Positions 1-9,225 of a DNA stretch of 37,621 nt are shown here, one piece after another (position 1 is the stretch's first letter; the number at the start of each line of letters is the position of its first letter). Source of the stretch: Chloroflexota bacterium (GTDB taxonomy: Bacteria; Chloroflexota; Dehalococcoidia; Dehalococcoidales; RBG-16-60-22). A program made the position numbers and the translations under genes. The notes beneath the pieces were generated by a model. That model was not told the origin of the DNA. It saw only the letters and a list, made by a program, of their open reading frames with translations, and did not search any database. The DNA is taken from contig JACZSH010000001.1 in the NCBI GenBank assembly GCA_022574315.1, forward strand, positions 1-37,621. Direction: 5' to 3'.

Positions 1-99
1 CACCAGGTCGGCGACGTCAACATGGGTTTCCCGCACCAGCGCTCTTAACGTTGCCGTCCGGCGCAGGCGGCGCAGGCGTATTTCAGGAAAACCGGCCAT
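1..99 (-). CDS. hemB: Porphobilinogen synthase (delta-aminolevulinate dehydratase), first 33 codons only; gene runs off the window
   Basis: Minus-strand ATG at 99-97 directly abuts the stop (100-102) of the upstream gene. The translation MAGFPEIRLRRLRRTATLRALVRETHVDVADLV fits the conserved HemB N-terminus (RxRRLRr..lR.LVrEt). Confidence 0.7.
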   Translation of the reverse strand, partial: MAGFPEIRLRRLRRTATLRALVRETHVDVADLV

Positions 100-1623
100 C
101 TAAACCTCCTTGCCGAAATAAGTTTCTATGGCGGCCACCAGGCCGGGTATGGTCTGCTCGCTGGCCATGATATCTATTTTCAGTCCGGCTCCGGCGGCGG
201 TAGCCGCCGTTTTGGGACCGATACAGGCAACTTTATAATTGTTTATCGCCGGAAGTCCCTCCGGAAACGCTGCCAGAAGGTTGGTTACCGTTGACGAGCT
301 GGTGAAAGTGATAACGTCGATTTCTCCCGCCAACAGCCGCTGCCTGGCCTCGGCGATACTTTCGGTGGCTGGAACGGTCCGGTACACGGCCACCTCTTTT
401 ACCTCCGCTCCGAGCCGGGCCAGTCCCGATATCAGCTCTTTATCGGCGATATCCGCCCTCGGCAGCAGGAACCGCTGCCCTTTGATATTCTGGCTTTTAA
501 GTCCGGCGATGATTCCCTCGCCGGTGAAGGTGTCGGGCATAAAATCAGGCATAATCCCCTTCGCTTCCAGCGTTTTCGCCGTCGCTGAACCGATGGCGCC
601 GACCTTTTTCCCGCCCAGGGCGCGGGAATCAAGCTTCCGGTCGTTAAGACGTTGAAAAAAAGCCTCCACACCGTTGACGCTGGTGAACATGACCCACTGA
701 TAACTGGCCATATCGTTAATCGCCCGGTCAAGCTCTGTGTTATCGTTTATCGGCTGCACGTCGATGGCCGGTAGTTCTATCGGCTGTGCGCCGCGTTCGG
801 TGAGCAGCTGGCTCAGGGCACTTGCCTGGTGCCTGGACCGCGTCACCAGGACGCGTTTATTAAAGAGAGGCCGGTTATCAAACCAGGCGAGTTTTTCTCT
901 GAGATTGACCACTTCTCCGACCACTATCACCGCCGGCGCGCTCAATTGGCTTTCCTCAATCCGGGCGGTGATGTTGGCCAGCGTGCCGACAACGGTTATC
1001 TGCCGGTGACTGGTACCGTCTTTAATCACCGCCACCGGGGTATCCGCCGGACGGCCGTGCTCGGTAAGTTTGGCGACGATTTCCGGCAAGTTGTGCATAC
1101 CCATCAGGAAGACCAGCGTGTCCACTCCGGTGGCCAGCTTCTCCCAGGCGATGCTTGAGCTTTCCTTGCTCGGGTCTTCGTGCCCGGTAATCACCGCAAA
1201 AGAAGACGCCAGGGCACGGTGGGTGACCGGGATTCCGGCATAAGCCGGCACCGCCACCGCCGAGGTTATCCCCGGCACCACCTCGTAGCTGATACCTGCC
1301 TCCGCCAGGGTCTCGGCTTCCTCCCCCCCTCTCCCCAGCACAAACGGGTCGCCGCCCTTGAGTCGCACCACGGTTTTCCCTTCCCTGGCTTTATCGACCA
1401 GCAGCCGGTTTATCTCGCTCTGGATTTTGGCGTGCTTTCCCGCTCTCTTACCCACGTATATCTTTTCTGCCTCAGCCGGAGCTTGCTCCAGCAGGTGTTT
1501 GTCGAGCAGGTTATCGTAGACCACTACCTCGGCTTTATTGAGACTCTGGATTCCTTTTAGCGTAATCAGGCCCGGGTCACCCGGCCCGGCGCCGACCAGG
1601 TAGACTTTACCGGTTTTAATCAT
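100..1623 (-). CDS. cobA: Bifunctional uroporphyrinogen-III C-methyltransferase / uroporphyrinogen-III synthase (CobA-HemD fusion)
   Basis: 507-aa ORF. The N-terminal half has the SUMT signature VYLVGAGPGDPGLITLKG ... RLKGGDP. The C-terminal half (~250 aa from FNKRVLVTRS) is HemD-like. Sits inside a hem operon. Confidence 0.9.
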   Translation of the reverse strand: MIKTGKVYLVGAGPGDPGLITLKGIQSLNKAEVVVYDNLLDKHLLEQAPAEAEKIYVGKRAGKHAKIQSEINRLLVDKAREGKTVVRLKGGDPFVLGRGGEEAETLAEAGISYEVVPGITSAVAVPAYAGIPVTHRALASSFAVITGHEDPSKESSSIAWEKLATGVDTLVFLMGMHNLPEIVAKLTEHGRPADTPVAVIKDGTSHRQITVVGTLANITARIEESQLSAPAVIVVGEVVNLREKLAWFDNRPLFNKRVLVTRSRHQASALSQLLTERGAQPIELPAIDVQPINDNTELDRAINDMASYQWVMFTSVNGVEAFFQRLNDRKLDSRALGGKKVGAIGSATAKTLEAKGIMPDFMPDTFTGEGIIAGLKSQNIKGQRFLLPRADIADKELISGLARLGAEVKEVAVYRTVPATESIAEARQRLLAGEIDVITFTSSSTVTNLLAAFPEGLPAINNYKVACIGPKTAATAAGAGLKIDIMASEQTIPGLVAAIETYFGKEV

Positions 1624-2539
1624 CTTTTACCTCGGCAATAAAATCAGACGCTCCCCTGTCCAGCAGTTTCCGCGCCAGTTCCTGCCCGGCATTTTCCGGA
1701 GCCGCCGCGCTGCCTTCTATCGAATCGCAGAGCATCTTCCTTTGACTCACGCTGGCCACCATTCCTTCCAGCTTTAAAATATCGCCCTTTACCGTCCCCA
1801 GCGCCGCGATAGGCGCCCGGCACCCGCCACCCAGGGCGTAGAGAAAAGCGCGTTCGGCGGAGATTGCCTGCCAGGTCGGCAAATGGTTGGTAGCAGAGAC
1901 GATTTCAATAATCTCTTCATCTCCCCGCCGGGTCTCTATCCCCAGCGCCCCCTGCCCCACGGCGGGCAAAAAGCTCTCCACGGACAGGTATTCGGTTATC
2001 TCACTCTCCCGCCCCAGCCGCTGCATGGCCGCCGCCGCCAGTATCACCCCGGCAAACTCGCCGTCAGCTACTTTACGCAGGCGGGTATCCACGTTACCCC
2101 GGATGCCGCCCGCCTTCACATCGGGTCGGAGCCGGGCTACCTGGACTTCGCGCCGCAGGCTGCCGGTGCCTATCTTGGCTCCGGGGGGGAGCTGGTCGAT
2201 GGTCCCGTATCCGGACACCAGCACGTCTCTCGGGTCGGCTCGCTCGATGGTCGCCGCCAGGCACAGCTCCTCAGGAATCTCCGTCGGCATGTCCTTGAGG
2301 CTGTGTACCGCCAGGTCGATCCTGCCCTCTATTAGGGCCGTCTCCAGTTCCTTGACGAAGATCCCGATTACATTCATCTGGTCGAACTGGATGTGGGTGT
2401 TGCGGTCACCGGTAGTTACAATAGTGCGGATACTGATTTCCAGGTGAGGATTTGCTTCCTTAATTCTGTCGGCAACGTACCCGGCTTGAATCAGGGCGAG
2501 TTTGCTCCCCCGTGAGCCAATCACTATTTCACCCTTCAT
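1616..2539 (-). CDS. hemC: Hydroxymethylbilane synthase (porphobilinogen deaminase)
   Basis: 307-aa ORF with IVIGSRGSKLALIQA, HSLKDMPT, GTGSLRR and the cofactor-Cys region LGGGCRAPIA. Overlaps both neighbours by a few nt (translational coupling). Confidence 0.9.
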   Translation of the reverse strand: MKGEIVIGSRGSKLALIQAGYVADRIKEANPHLEISIRTIVTTGDRNTHIQFDQMNVIGIFVKELETALIEGRIDLAVHSLKDMPTEIPEELCLAATIERADPRDVLVSGYGTIDQLPPGAKIGTGSLRREVQVARLRPDVKAGGIRGNVDTRLRKVADGEFAGVILAAAAMQRLGRESEITEYLSVESFLPAVGQGALGIETRRGDEEIIEIVSATNHLPTWQAISAERAFLYALGGGCRAPIAALGTVKGDILKLEGMVASVSQRKMLCDSIEGSAAAPENAGQELARKLLDRGASDFIAEVKDD

Positions 2540-3798
2540 TTAGGCTTCTCCCCGGGTAATCGGAAAAGTTCCCTCACCATTTCGGCGCTGCCATTGCTGT
2601 CCCCATTTGCTTTCAGGTACCGTACCGGTTCTCGGAGAATCTTGGTGACGATTGATTTGGTCATCGCTTCCAGGGACTTATGGTCCTCTTCGGACAGGGA
2701 ACCGAGTTTCTTCAGCGTCTTGTCCAGTTGTGCGCGGCGTATCTCTTCCGCCTTTTTCATCAGGGCGCTCACCACCGGTCTGACCTCCAGCATCTGCCAC
2801 CAGGCATTAAACTCGGCGATTTCGTTCATTATTATTTCCACGGCTTTCTCAATCTCGCCCTCACGCTGCTGGTGGTTCTGGTCTGAAATCTGGATCAGTC
2901 CGTCGATATTATAGAGGTAAACGTTGTCTATTTCAGCCACCGCCGGCTCGACGTTGCGGGGTACGGCAATGTCGATAATAACCATCGGTGAACCGGAGCG
3001 CAGCTTCATCGCCGCTGCCACGTGGTCGGCGCTGACTATCCAGTGCGGCGCGTCGGCGCAGGTAACGATAATATCACAGGTGTGCATTTCCCCGGCCAGG
3101 TTGCCCAGGCTGATCGGAGTCCCGCCTAACGCCTCGGTCAGCATCGCCGCCCTTTCCTGGGTCCGGCTGGCGATTAATATCGAGGCGACACCTCTGTCTT
3201 TGGCGGCTTTGGCCACCAGCCTGCCCGCTTCACCGGCGCCGATAACCAGCATCCGGCACTTAGCGAGGTCACCGACCACCCGGGTTGCCATATCCACCGC
3301 CACCGAGCTGACGGAAAGGGCGTTTTTGCTGATACCCGTTTCCTCGCGCACCCGCCGGCCGGTCCTGATTGCCCCCTGGAAAAGTTGGCGCAGTGGCAGG
3401 TTGGTCATCTTTATCCTCTCGGCGCTTTCCAGCGCCTGTCCTACCTGCCCCAGCACCTCGTACTCCCCGATAATCATCGAGTCAAGGCCGCAGGTAGTCT
3501 GGAAAAGGTGTGCCACCGCTTCTTTATCTTTGAGGATATAGGTGTACTGGGACAGGTCGGTGTCGGATGTCTCCAGGTGGGTTTTTAAGAAATCAAGGCT
3601 GCCTTCCTCGTTGCGCCTGCCGTCGCCGTCCGTGGTATAGACCTCGGTACGGTTGCAGGTTGACAGTATGATACCGTGGTCGACGTAACGTCCCAGCCTC
3701 GATAGAGAATCGTCGAGCTTTCCCGTCCGGATGGCCGCCTTCTCCCTGATAGCGACCGGTGCTGTCCGGTGATTTATGCCTACTAAACTAAGTTGCAT
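2536..3798 (-). CDS. hemA: Glutamyl-tRNA reductase
   Basis: MQLSLVGINHRTAPVAIRE ... STCNRTEVY (catalytic Cys) ... VIGAGEAG (NADPH fold). I prefer the ATG at 3798, which has a GAGGT 9 nt upstream, over the GTG at 3816 that opens the track ORF. Confidence 0.88.
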   Translation of the reverse strand: MQLSLVGINHRTAPVAIREKAAIRTGKLDDSLSRLGRYVDHGIILSTCNRTEVYTTDGDGRRNEEGSLDFLKTHLETSDTDLSQYTYILKDKEAVAHLFQTTCGLDSMIIGEYEVLGQVGQALESAERIKMTNLPLRQLFQGAIRTGRRVREETGISKNALSVSSVAVDMATRVVGDLAKCRMLVIGAGEAGRLVAKAAKDRGVASILIASRTQERAAMLTEALGGTPISLGNLAGEMHTCDIIVTCADAPHWIVSADHVAAAMKLRSGSPMVIIDIAVPRNVEPAVAEIDNVYLYNIDGLIQISDQNHQQREGEIEKAVEIIMNEIAEFNAWWQMLEVRPVVSALMKKAEEIRRAQLDKTLKKLGSLSEEDHKSLEAMTKSIVTKILREPVRYLKANGDSNGSAEMVRELFRLPGEKPK

Positions 3799-3816
3799 CT
3801 GGTTTTTACCTCGCAC

Positions 3817-4473
3817 TTAATCCGGTGACAGTCCTAAACTGGCCAGCAGGATGCGCCTCGCTTTTTCTCCTTCACCGCTGCGGAGCAGGCCGGTGAGCCG
3901 GTCCAGGTCGAGGGCTTCCTGCCAGGTATCGTTACTGATTTTTGAACCCTGGTGTTTTACCCGGGTGCGTACCTCGTCCAGCAGGAGGGCCAGAGCCGCG
4001 TACTCCTCGCCGAACTCATTTTCCAGTCGGGTCCGGATTTTCCGGGCCAGGGCCGGGCTCCTGCCTGACGTGGAGACGGCAATGGTGACGTCCCCCCGCT
4101 GAAGTAACGAAGGGACGATAAAGTCGCAATTATCGACATCATCCACCACGTTGACCAGCGTTTTTTGGTCTCTCGCTTCTTTTAACAGGTTATGGTTGAC
4201 CTCGCTGTCATCGGTGGCGGCAATGGCGACAAAGGCACCCCGCAGGTCACCCGCCTCATAATTTCTCCAAAATACGCGCACCTGCCCTTCCGCCGCCAGT
4301 TCCGCCAGCGCCGGGCAGAGTTCGGGGCTGATGACGTCAACGCTGGCGCCGTGTTCCAGGAGCGACCTGGCCTTGCGGAACGCCACCGGTCCCCCGCCGA
4401 TGACCACACACCTCTTACCGCTCACTTTCAGTAAAACCGGGTAATAGGCGGCTATCTGGCCCTTTTCTCTCAT
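3817..4473 (-). CDS. sirC: Precorrin-2 dehydrogenase / sirohydrochlorin ferrochelatase (SirC / CysG N-domain type)
   Basis: 218-aa ORF with the Rossmann motif CVVIGGGPVAFRKARSLLEHGASVDVISPE. Size and position between hemA and ahbAB fit. Confidence 0.8.
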   Translation of the reverse strand: MREKGQIAAYYPVLLKVSGKRCVVIGGGPVAFRKARSLLEHGASVDVISPELCPALAELAAEGQVRVFWRNYEAGDLRGAFVAIAATDDSEVNHNLLKEARDQKTLVNVVDDVDNCDFIVPSLLQRGDVTIAVSTSGRSPALARKIRTRLENEFGEEYAALALLLDEVRTRVKHQGSKISNDTWQEALDLDRLTGLLRSGEGEKARRILLASLGLSPD

Positions 4474-5453
4474 ACCGGGTACTTTATCCTCTGCTTCTTG
4501 AATTCTCGGGTGCTGAAAAGCATCACGTAATCGGCCAGGCCGTTAGCCGCGGTGGCCTCAGCCGCTATTTCCCGGCAGGTTTCAATGGCCTGACCGTGAA
4601 TCATGGCGAAAAGGTTGTACTTCCAGAGACGGTTAGTCTCTCGTTCATAGCAATGACTGACTTCCTTCCTTGAGGCCAGGCTTTTACCCACGCTATCGAC
4701 TTTTTCGGCGGGCACTTCCCAGCAGGCCATCCCGTTGGCAGTGAAACCGGCTTTGCGGTGGTTTAGTGAAGCTCCGTAACGCCGTACGATGCCCCGCTCC
4801 ATCAGCGTCCGACTATGCGCCAGAAACTTTTCCGTATTCATGGCGGCCTGCGCTGCCATTTTGCTAAACGGCGACTTTTCTAGCGGCAGGTCTGTCTGCA
4901 GCGCGTTGATTACGTCTTTGTCTCTCCTGGAAAGGGTTGCTTTTTCGGCCAGAGCCGGGTCCGTGTCCCCGTTATCGGCGGTTGACGGCGGGCCGTTTCC
5001 CTCCAGGTTGAAACAGGCGTTTATCTTGAACAGCTTCCGTGCCGGCAGGGCAAAGCAGGCGTCGGCGTCGATTGGGCCGGTCAGTTGCTTCAGTTCCGTC
5101 TCCATATTTGAGGATGGGGGAATAGCCAGGGTGAACCAGAGGTTGAAGTGGTGTTCACGTTCGTAGTTGTGGCTTACCCCGGGATGTTTTGTAATCACCC
5201 GTGCCGCTTCCTCCAGCTTATCCTCCGGAATGCTCATCGCTACCAGCGTCGTCTGGTAACCGAGGCGTCGGGCGTCCATTACCGGGCCAATCAATCGAAT
5301 AATCCGGTTTGCCTTCCACCGGGCGATGCGGTTGATTACCTCGTCCTGGCTGATGTTAAGTTGTGTCCCCAGGGAGGCAAATGGCTCCGCGGTCAGTGGA
5401 AACTGCGATTGTATTCGGTTGATTAACTGCCGGTCGATTCTGTCCAGTTCCAC
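4470..5453 (-). CDS. ahbAB: Siroheme decarboxylase, fused AhbA-AhbB (NirDL/NirGH-like, two Lrp/AsnC-like halves)
   Basis: Two tandem repeats of the motif set D..D..ll..lQ..fPl...PF, then GyqttLvAm and VSHnYeRe..fNlWFtl (second half VSHCYERETNRLWKYNLFAMIH). Confidence 0.8.
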   Translation of the reverse strand: MELDRIDRQLINRIQSQFPLTAEPFASLGTQLNISQDEVINRIARWKANRIIRLIGPVMDARRLGYQTTLVAMSIPEDKLEEAARVITKHPGVSHNYEREHHFNLWFTLAIPPSSNMETELKQLTGPIDADACFALPARKLFKINACFNLEGNGPPSTADNGDTDPALAEKATLSRRDKDVINALQTDLPLEKSPFSKMAAQAAMNTEKFLAHSRTLMERGIVRRYGASLNHRKAGFTANGMACWEVPAEKVDSVGKSLASRKEVSHCYERETNRLWKYNLFAMIHGQAIETCREIAAEATAANGLADYVMLFSTREFKKQRIKYPV

Positions 5454-5454
5454 T

Positions 5455-6585
5455 TTAATTTAGGGCTCCCTGCTTTTTCCGGCGCCATGCCGGTGGTTGA
5501 TATATGCAGTAAGGCTCGGCTTCCAGGTAGTCGCCGGAGGCTTCATAGGCGCGTGCCCGGCAGCCGCCGCAGATTCTTTTATACTCGCAATCGCCGCATT
5601 TCCCCTTGAGTTTGGAGAGGTCCCTCAAGTCGCCGAAGAGCGGCGAATGTTCCCACACCTGTCCGAAAGTCGCCTCCCGGATATTTCCTGCCTCCACGTC
5701 GAAGTAGCCGCAGCCCCGCACGCTGCCCCGGTGATCAATGAAACAGAAACCCGTTCCGGCCAGGCAACCGCGCGTGATGGAGTGCACCGAGCCGTGCCCG
5801 GACACCGGAACGGCGGGGTCGGGCGGCTTTTTCTGTCCGTTCTGCTTCTGTCGCTGCTTCATAATTCTGAGGTAATGAGGCGCGTCGGTCGGCTTGAAGA
5901 ACATCTTGCCTTCCAGTTCCTGTTGCCGGTCGTATATCCAGTTCAGCGTGTCTTCGTATTCCTGTGGGGAAAGTTCCACCGATTCCAACCCCTTGCCCCG
6001 GCCGGTGGGTACCAGCAGGAACGGGTGAAAAGCTACGGCGCCTTTTTCCAGGGCCAGGGAAACAAGGTCATCCAGATAGTTTACATTCAGCTTGGTGATG
6101 GTGCTGTTAATCTGGATATCGATACCCGCCTGCCGGGCGCTGTCGATACCGGCTATGGCCTGTGCAAAGGCGCCGGCCTGGCCCCTAAAATTATCCTGCA
6201 GGTCGGCCGTCGGGAAGTCCAGGCTTATCCCCAATCGGGCTATCGGCACCGCCTTTAAATCGGCGGCGGTATTGTCGTTTATCAGTGTGCCGTTGCTGCC
6301 CATGACCACTCTCATCCCCCGGGAGGTGGCGTACCGGGCTATTTGCAGGGTATCTTGGCGCAGCAGTGGTTCGCCACCGGTCAGGATAAGGATTGGATTG
6401 CCTACCTCCAGTATCTGGTCGATAACTTTGAAGCACTCCCCGGTGGACAGCTCGCCGTCGTATTGCCCGTGGCTTGCCGAACCCCGGCAGTGCGCGCAAT
6501 ACAGATTACAGCTCCGGGTCAGCTCCCAGGCCACCAGCTGCAGTCTGGGTGTGATAATCTCTCTTTTAGCAGTATTATCTGTCAT
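5455..6585 (-). CDS. ahbD: NirJ-like radical SAM/SPASM enzyme of the Ahb pathway, tentatively haem synthase AhbD
   Basis: Cluster motif TRSCNLYCAHC, GGEPLL, and a Cys-rich C-terminus (CGDCEYKRICGGCRARA). The AhbD versus AhbC assignment is from recalled N-terminal patterns only. Confidence 0.65.
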   Translation of the reverse strand: MTDNTAKREIITPRLQLVAWELTRSCNLYCAHCRGSASHGQYDGELSTGECFKVIDQILEVGNPILILTGGEPLLRQDTLQIARYATSRGMRVVMGSNGTLINDNTAADLKAVPIARLGISLDFPTADLQDNFRGQAGAFAQAIAGIDSARQAGIDIQINSTITKLNVNYLDDLVSLALEKGAVAFHPFLLVPTGRGKGLESVELSPQEYEDTLNWIYDRQQELEGKMFFKPTDAPHYLRIMKQRQKQNGQKKPPDPAVPVSGHGSVHSITRGCLAGTGFCFIDHRGSVRGCGYFDVEAGNIREATFGQVWEHSPLFGDLRDLSKLKGKCGDCEYKRICGGCRARAYEASGDYLEAEPYCIYQPPAWRRKKQGALN

Positions 6586-7733
6586 TCGGCGATTCCAATC
6601 TCCTCGTCACTCAGGTAGCACGCCGGGTCTTCGGCCCATACGTCGTTATAAGCCGCTTCCGCCCGTACCCGTAGATTGCCGTTACAGCAGTCGAGGAATC
6701 GGCATTTGGCACACCGCCCTTTGAGCAGCCCCTTGCGGTCTTTCAGGCCGCGGAGGAGCGGCTCCGAGGTATCCGTCCAGATATCCCCGAATTTCCGCTG
6801 CTGTACGTTGCCCAGCGTATGGTGCCACCAGAACTGGTCGGGGTGGACGTTACCCCGGTCGTCAACGGCGCCTATCTTGACGCCGGAATTATTGCCTCCG
6901 TTCATCCTGATGAGTTCGAGGACTCTGGCCGCATGCGGCGGGTCTTTATCTTTCAGTTTGAGGTACAGGTAGACACCGTCTACGTGGCTGCCCACGGTCA
7001 GGATTTCCTTTTGCCGGCCGCGCCGGAAAAGGTCCTCCGTCCGCTCGCTGATCAGGTCCACCACCGCCCTGGTCTGGGAGTGGGAGATGTCGTCCTGCTG
7101 CAGACCGCTGCCTCTCCCTGAATAGGCCAGATGGTAGAAACAGACGCGGTCGATGCCTTCATCCTCTACCAGCTGGAAGATGGCCGGTATCTCCTGGTAG
7201 TTAAAGCGGGTTATGGTCATCCGCAGGGAGACGCGCAAACCCAGGGCGACGCAGTTTCTGATTCCCCTCAGGGCGCTTTCGAAAGCGCCCTCTCGACCTC
7301 GAAAGCGGTCGTTGTTTTCTTTAGTTCCATCCAGGCTTATTCCCACCTCGGCAAAACCGATATCCTGCAGCTCCCTGGCTTCTCTGCCGGAAATCAGGGT
7401 GCCATTGGTGGACAGGGCAACTCTTAAACCCTTTTCGCGAGCAAAGCGCGCCAGTTCGAACAGGTCTTTTCTCATCATCGGCTCGCCGCCGGAAAACAGG
7501 ATTACCGGCACATCAAAGTCGGCCAGGTCGCTGATAAAAGCTTTTCCGGCGGTCGTGTCCATTTCTTCCGCGGATTTCCGGTTGTTGGCGCTGGCATAAC
7601 AGTGGATGCAGCTCAGATTGCACTGCCGGGTGCAGTTCCAGACCACTACCGGTCGTATTATCTCTTTCTTCTCGTAACGCAAATGGTCACCGGGACCGGC
7701 GATGTCACAAAGTAAACGCGTGATTGATATCAT
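6582..7733 (-). CDS. ahbC: NirJ-like radical SAM enzyme of the Ahb pathway, tentatively Fe-coproporphyrin III synthase AhbC
   Basis: TRQCNLSCIHC, GGEPMM, and C-terminal CAKCRFLDCCNGNLRVRA. The N-terminus ITRLLCD..GPGDHLRY is typical of the NirJ/Ahb subgroup. 4-nt overlaps with both neighbours. Confidence 0.65.
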   Translation of the reverse strand: MISITRLLCDIAGPGDHLRYEKKEIIRPVVVWNCTRQCNLSCIHCYASANNRKSAEEMDTTAGKAFISDLADFDVPVILFSGGEPMMRKDLFELARFAREKGLRVALSTNGTLISGREARELQDIGFAEVGISLDGTKENNDRFRGREGAFESALRGIRNCVALGLRVSLRMTITRFNYQEIPAIFQLVEDEGIDRVCFYHLAYSGRGSGLQQDDISHSQTRAVVDLISERTEDLFRRGRQKEILTVGSHVDGVYLYLKLKDKDPPHAARVLELIRMNGGNNSGVKIGAVDDRGNVHPDQFWWHHTLGNVQQRKFGDIWTDTSEPLLRGLKDRKGLLKGRCAKCRFLDCCNGNLRVRAEAAYNDVWAEDPACYLSDEEIGIAE

Positions 7734-8386
7734 CCGTTTGTATCTCCATCAGGCTTGTCCCGAGTTCCGCTGCGGAGTTGCTGGTGCGCTGCCACCAGTG
7801 CCACCAGGGCTTCATCCAGGATATGGGCCACCAGCGGTATTGCGTCTACGACGCGCCCGGTAAATGCCTCTTTTTTCTTCATCAGGTGAGTTGCCGCGTT
7901 CATAATGGGGTCGCGGTGTACGATAAAAGCCTCTACTGAAGCGGTCAGTGGAAGTCCCAGCAGAGCCAGTAGTTCTCCCATTTCCCGGCCGATGTTCCGT
8001 GTCTGTTGCACGGTTTCTTCTCTCTTGGCAGGCTCGGTAATGTACTTGATAATCAGGTTAAGCAGAAACCTGTGCTGGTGTGCCAGGTTCTCCTGGGATT
8101 TTTCATTGAGCTGGCCGTACCAGGAAGTGGTGCTGAGTGACGTCCGTGCCAGCTCTCGGTGCGTTTGGGTGGTATCTTTCAGTTCGAAAACCAGGTCCTT
8201 GATACCCAGCATCTTCGGTTGCGAGCCGGTAAACTTCTTCAGTTCTGCTCTGGAATAACGGCGGTGCCCGCCCGGGGTGATAAAGGCCTTTATCTTGCCC
8301 TCATCTGTCCACTGGCGGAGTGCCGCCTCACTTACCCCCAGGACGTGGCTGGCTTCACTGATACTGACTAACGGCTTTTCCGCCAA
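7730..8386 (-). CDS. HTH (MerR/excisionase-type) transcriptional regulator with an uncharacterised ~150-aa C-terminal domain; first gene of the haem operon
   Basis: TTG start with GAGGAG 7 nt upstream. N-terminal VSISEASHVLGVSEAALRQWTDEGKIKAFITPGGHRRYSRAELKKF is an HTH_17/MerR-like DNA-binding motif. Overlaps ahbC by 4 nt. Confidence 0.7.
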   Translation of the reverse strand: MAEKPLVSISEASHVLGVSEAALRQWTDEGKIKAFITPGGHRRYSRAELKKFTGSQPKMLGIKDLVFELKDTTQTHRELARTSLSTTSWYGQLNEKSQENLAHQHRFLLNLIIKYITEPAKREETVQQTRNIGREMGELLALLGLPLTASVEAFIVHRDPIMNAATHLMKKKEAFTGRVVDAIPLVAHILDEALVALVAAHQQLRSGTRDKPDGDTNG

Positions 8387-8462
8387 AATATAGCTCCTCT
8401 GTAAAACGGGGACAGACTGAAACAGAATAAAGGAACGAGGCCGTCTCGTCGCCCTGTCTAAA

Positions 8463-8491
8463 ATATTATGGAAATCTTAAAAAATCTCCAA
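8463..8491 (-). promoter_or_regulatory. Candidate sigma70-type promoter for the regulator/haem operon (TTGGAG-17-TAATAT on the minus strand)
   Basis: Reverse complement reads TTGGAG (8491-8486), a 17-nt spacer, then TAATAT (8468-8463). Phased A-tracts lie immediately upstream on that strand. Confidence 0.3.
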
Positions 8492-8664
8492 AATTCTACA
8501 AAAATCTATATTAGTATAAACCATAAAACCACTGAATACAATGGGTAAAAGTACTTATTTTTACTTATTTTTCTGTGTCCTAAAATAAACAGGGTGTTAA
8601 CGCTGGCAATGAGCCAATCGTCATTCATCTGGCAAAATTATTCCCGAAAGACAGGTAAAATAGC

Positions 8665-8693
8665 TTGACAACTTTTCTTATCGATGCTAAACT
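8665..8693 (+). promoter_or_regulatory. Candidate sigma70-type promoter for the Rrf2/sulfur operon (TTGACA-17-TAAACT)
   Basis: TTGACA at 8665-8670, exact 17-nt spacer, TAAACT at 8688-8693, about 40 nt upstream of the preferred TTG start. Confidence 0.45.
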
Positions 8694-8734
8694 GGACTAT
8701 TACCATAAACTTAGTCAACAATGGAGAACAGAAA

Positions 8735-9178
8735 TTGAAACTTTCTACCCGGGGACAGTACGGTACTCGTGCCCTTTTGGACTTGGCGCTGCACAGTGGT
8801 AACGGACCGGTACCTTTAAAAGATATTGCCTCCCGACAGGATATTTCGCTTCACTACCTGGAGCATTTGATTGGTCCTCTGGTAACCGCTGGTATCGTCG
8901 GCAGCACTCGTGGTGCCAAAGGTGGTATTCAACTGAATAAACACCCGCATGAAATAAAACTGAGTGAGGTAGTCCCGCTTCTGGAAGGCTCGCTTGCCCT
9001 GGTCGAATGCCTTAATAACCCGGCAAGCTGCCCGCGCTATGACCAGTGTGTTACTCGTGAAGTCTGGGACCGCATGAAGCAGGCTCTGGATGAGGTTCTT
9101 GAATCGACCACGCTGCAGGATTTGGTCGAGCGCCAGTTGAGTAAAGAGCAGTCGAAAAAGGAAATGTATTACATCTAA
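8735..9178 (+). CDS. Rrf2-family transcriptional regulator (IscR/CymR-like, three-Cys putative Fe-S ligand set)
   Basis: KLSTRGQYGTRALLDLA ... LKDIASRQDISLHYLEHLIGPL ... STRGAKGGIQL; Cys triad in ECLNNPASCPRYDQC. The TTG at 8735 has GGAG 7 nt upstream. The ATG at 8684 of the track ORF lies inside the predicted promoter. Confidence 0.85.
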   Translation: MKLSTRGQYGTRALLDLALHSGNGPVPLKDIASRQDISLHYLEHLIGPLVTAGIVGSTRGAKGGIQLNKHPHEIKLSEVVPLLEGSLALVECLNNPASCPRYDQCVTREVWDRMKQALDEVLESTTLQDLVERQLSKEQSKKEMYYI

Positions 9179-9225
9179 ATATCATCGGCCACTTCGGCTC
9201 AAACCAGCACAAGGAAACCGAGAAT

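Noticed and set aside
5497-6258. 253-aa ORF on the plus strand (also 6092-6724)
   Set aside because: These are antisense to the radical SAM genes, which have clear CxxxCxxC and SPASM motifs. No independent support.
8684-8734. ATG at 8684 as the start of the Rrf2 regulator (164-aa track ORF)
   Set aside because: This ATG sits between the -35 and -10 elements of the best promoter candidate and adds a non-homologous 17-aa extension. The TTG at 8735 with a GGAG RBS gives the canonical Rrf2 N-terminus.
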